From: Gammaproteobacteria bacterium
GTDB taxonomy: Bacteria > Pseudomonadota > Gammaproteobacteria > Burkholderiales > JAHFRG01
DNA: 64,000 nt
Reading direction: 5' to 3'
Assembly: GCA_041495205.1 (NCBI GenBank)
Contig: JBGQCF010000001.1
Location: 64,429 to 128,428 of the forward strand
Part shown: positions 62,768 through 64,000 of the stretch, piece by piece
Position numbering within the stretch: the first letter of the stretch is position 1
Layout of the letters: every line of letters starts with the position of its first letter
Notes under the pieces: generated by a model
Databases searched by the model: none
The model's input: only the letters and a program-made list of their open reading frames with translations
What the model was told of the DNA's origin: nothing
Translations under genes and position numbers: made by a program

Positions 62768-64000
62768 TTAAACCGCCGTCCTATCCATTGCGGATACTTG
62801 TATAAAATCTTCCCCGCTCACAATTGGCAGAACGCGCCCCTGAAAACCCAACTTTTTGAGATACGACAACACCTCGCCCTGGATATGCCAGGCAAGATTA
62901 ACGATTGGAGCAGAGTCAGACATGTCAAGTTCCTCGTCAGACAGGATTGGAATACCGGTCCCGGGAACATAGCATCCCACTTTAGGCGACATTGGCTGTT
63001 CATAGACCGCGCTGATGTGCTCCTCCGTCAACTTGAGGAGTTCCAATATGATTGCAGCTCGACCGGGGAATGCCTTCGCCCTTAATCTGCCATGATTTTC
63101 AATTTCGCTTAGCAGTTCTTTTCTTTTTCTTTGGCGCCATGCCTCTATATTTGCAGCCATTCGAGAAAACCCCTGAGCGAACAGGGACTCTCGTCGAAGA
63201 ACTTCAATTTCATCAACTACTCTACCGGCCGAAACGGGAGTGCGTGAAAGGAAGACGCGGATATTTCCCCCGTATCTCCTGGGGAATTCAAGACCAACGA
63301 TATGGGCATTTAAAGACCTGGCGATAAATTTGAACGACGTATAGCTGTACGTCCGTGGGTGCTCGTGGTAGAACGTGTCGAATTGGTTGAGCTCCAGCAC
63401 GGATCCCAAGTAGTGATTTTCCACGACAAGATGCGACGTCGTGTTTTGCATGAGAACATCGAGCGCCGCCAGCACATCCTCGAGATCTTCAATGTGGGCA
63501 AAGACATTCGTGAACGTAACTATGTCGGGCTTCCCGTATTTTTCGACAAAGCTGAGCGCGACCTCCTTGTTGAAATAATCCTGCATCACGTTGTGGTGCT
63601 TTGACCGCGCCTCAACGGCAGCATCCGTCGGTTCTATTCCGTATGTTCTCGCGCCCTTCTCCTTGAACATCGAAAGCAGGCTCCCGTCATTGCATCCAAT
63701 ATCCAGTATCGTTTTGCCGGCTAAACGCCCGAATTGTGATTCGCACGAATCAACAAGCTCTCTCATCCCATTCAAAACATCTTTCGTTAGTGCGGCCCTG
63801 TAATGGTATGTATGAGGGAATAAAATATGTTTCGGCACCTGGTATTGCTGATGCGCGGTCTTGCAGTTGTTACAGAAAAGGATCTGGATGGGGTATTTTT
63901 CGGTTTTTCTCTGCTCGCCTATCCTGACCAGGTCGTCGCACATTGCGTGATATCCCAGATCCAGAACCTTCTCCAGTTCATGGTTTCCGCAGACTTCACA
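62768..64000 (-). CDS. Zn-ribbon SAM methyltransferase with C-methyltransferase-type C-terminal domain, 5'-partial (start beyond right window edge)
   Basis: The ORF track starts at Met 63943, but the frame stays open to base 64000: CEVCGNHELEKVLDLGYHAMCDDL..., which with the downstream FCNNCKTAHQ forms the N-terminal Zn ribbon seen in paralogues 17991 and 53260. ILDIGCNDGSLL is motif I. Confidence 0.7.
   Translation of the reverse strand, partial: CEVCGNHELEKVLDLGYHAMCDDLVRIGEQRKTEKYPIQILFCNNCKTAHQQYQVPKHILFPHTYHYRAALTKDVLNGMRELVDSCESQFGRLAGKTILDIGCNDGSLLSMFKEKGARTYGIEPTDAAVEARSKHHNVMQDYFNKEVALSFVEKYGKPDIVTFTNVFAHIEDLEDVLAALDVLMQNTTSHLVVENHYLGSVLELNQFDTFYHEHPRTYSYTSFKFIARSLNAHIVGLEFPRRYGGNIRVFLSRTPVSAGRVVDEIEVLRRESLFAQGFSRMAANIEAWRQRKRKELLSEIENHGRLRAKAFPGRAAIILELLKLTEEHISAVYEQPMSPKVGCYVPGTGIPILSDEELDMSDSAPIVNLAWHIQGEVLSYLKKLGFQGRVLPIVSGEDFIQVSAMDRTAV

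Noticed and set aside
1-64000. A search for CRISPR repeats, tRNA/rRNA genes, integrase or recombinase genes, toxin-antitoxin pairs or known defence-system genes.
   Set aside because: I recognised none by eye. No regularly spaced direct repeats, cloverleaf-like segments or nuclease/ATPase/helicase-type ORFs were seen. All sizeable ORFs with motifs belong to glycan biosynthesis or are IS scars.

Overview
Nearly the whole 64-kb window is one surface-glycan (O-antigen/capsule-type) biosynthesis super-locus. Every convincing gene lies on the minus strand. I count about 55 intact CDS and about 8 gene remnants. They are tightly packed, and many junctions are 4-nt ATGA stop/start overlaps, for example at 7457, 9546, 28131, 29216, 30178, 40872, 44413, 46437, 47300, 48469, 55053 and 61006. 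Recognisable modules, by coordinate: (i) 1-2000, a GT2 plus a Wzy_C-family membrane protein; (ii) 2521-6372, a WbpK/WbpL/WbpM-like triad (SDR, initiating HexNAc-1-P transferase, membrane 4,6-dehydratase) with an IS256-family remnant abutting it; (iii) 6393-17978, an L-FucNAc/L-QuiNAc-type module (FnlA-like, RmlD-like reductase, WbuB-like GT4, and an FnlC-like 2-epimerase displaced by 8 kb) mixed with GTs, a second Wzy_C protein, a wzx remnant, a TylF-type methyltransferase and an IS-disrupted methyltransferase; (iv) 19348-20868, an intact Wzx flippase; (v) 25951-35769, an unassigned cassette (KdsB-like cytidylyltransferase, two Gfo/Idh/MocA oxidoreductases, HisC-type aminotransferase, 2-hydroxyacid dehydrogenase, DHQS-family enzyme, SDR, GmhA-like SIS protein, methyltransferases); (vi) 38342-48472, a pseudaminic-acid module (PseI, PseG::PseH fusion, PseC) with accessory genes (PIG-L deacetylase, IMPase-family phosphatase, ATP-grasp, aldo/keto reductase, cytidylyltransferase::class-III aminotransferase fusion); (vii) 51473-57155, an aminosugar tailoring module; (viii) 57159-64000, methyltransferases, a NUDIX hydrolase, an oxidoreductase and a GtrB-like polyprenyl-phosphate glycosyltransferase. 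Ten intact methyltransferases plus one remnant is an unusually high number. I saw no rRNA, tRNA, CRISPR array, intact mobile element or recognisable defence system. All family calls come from motif recognition by eye on the supplied translations. No database search was run.
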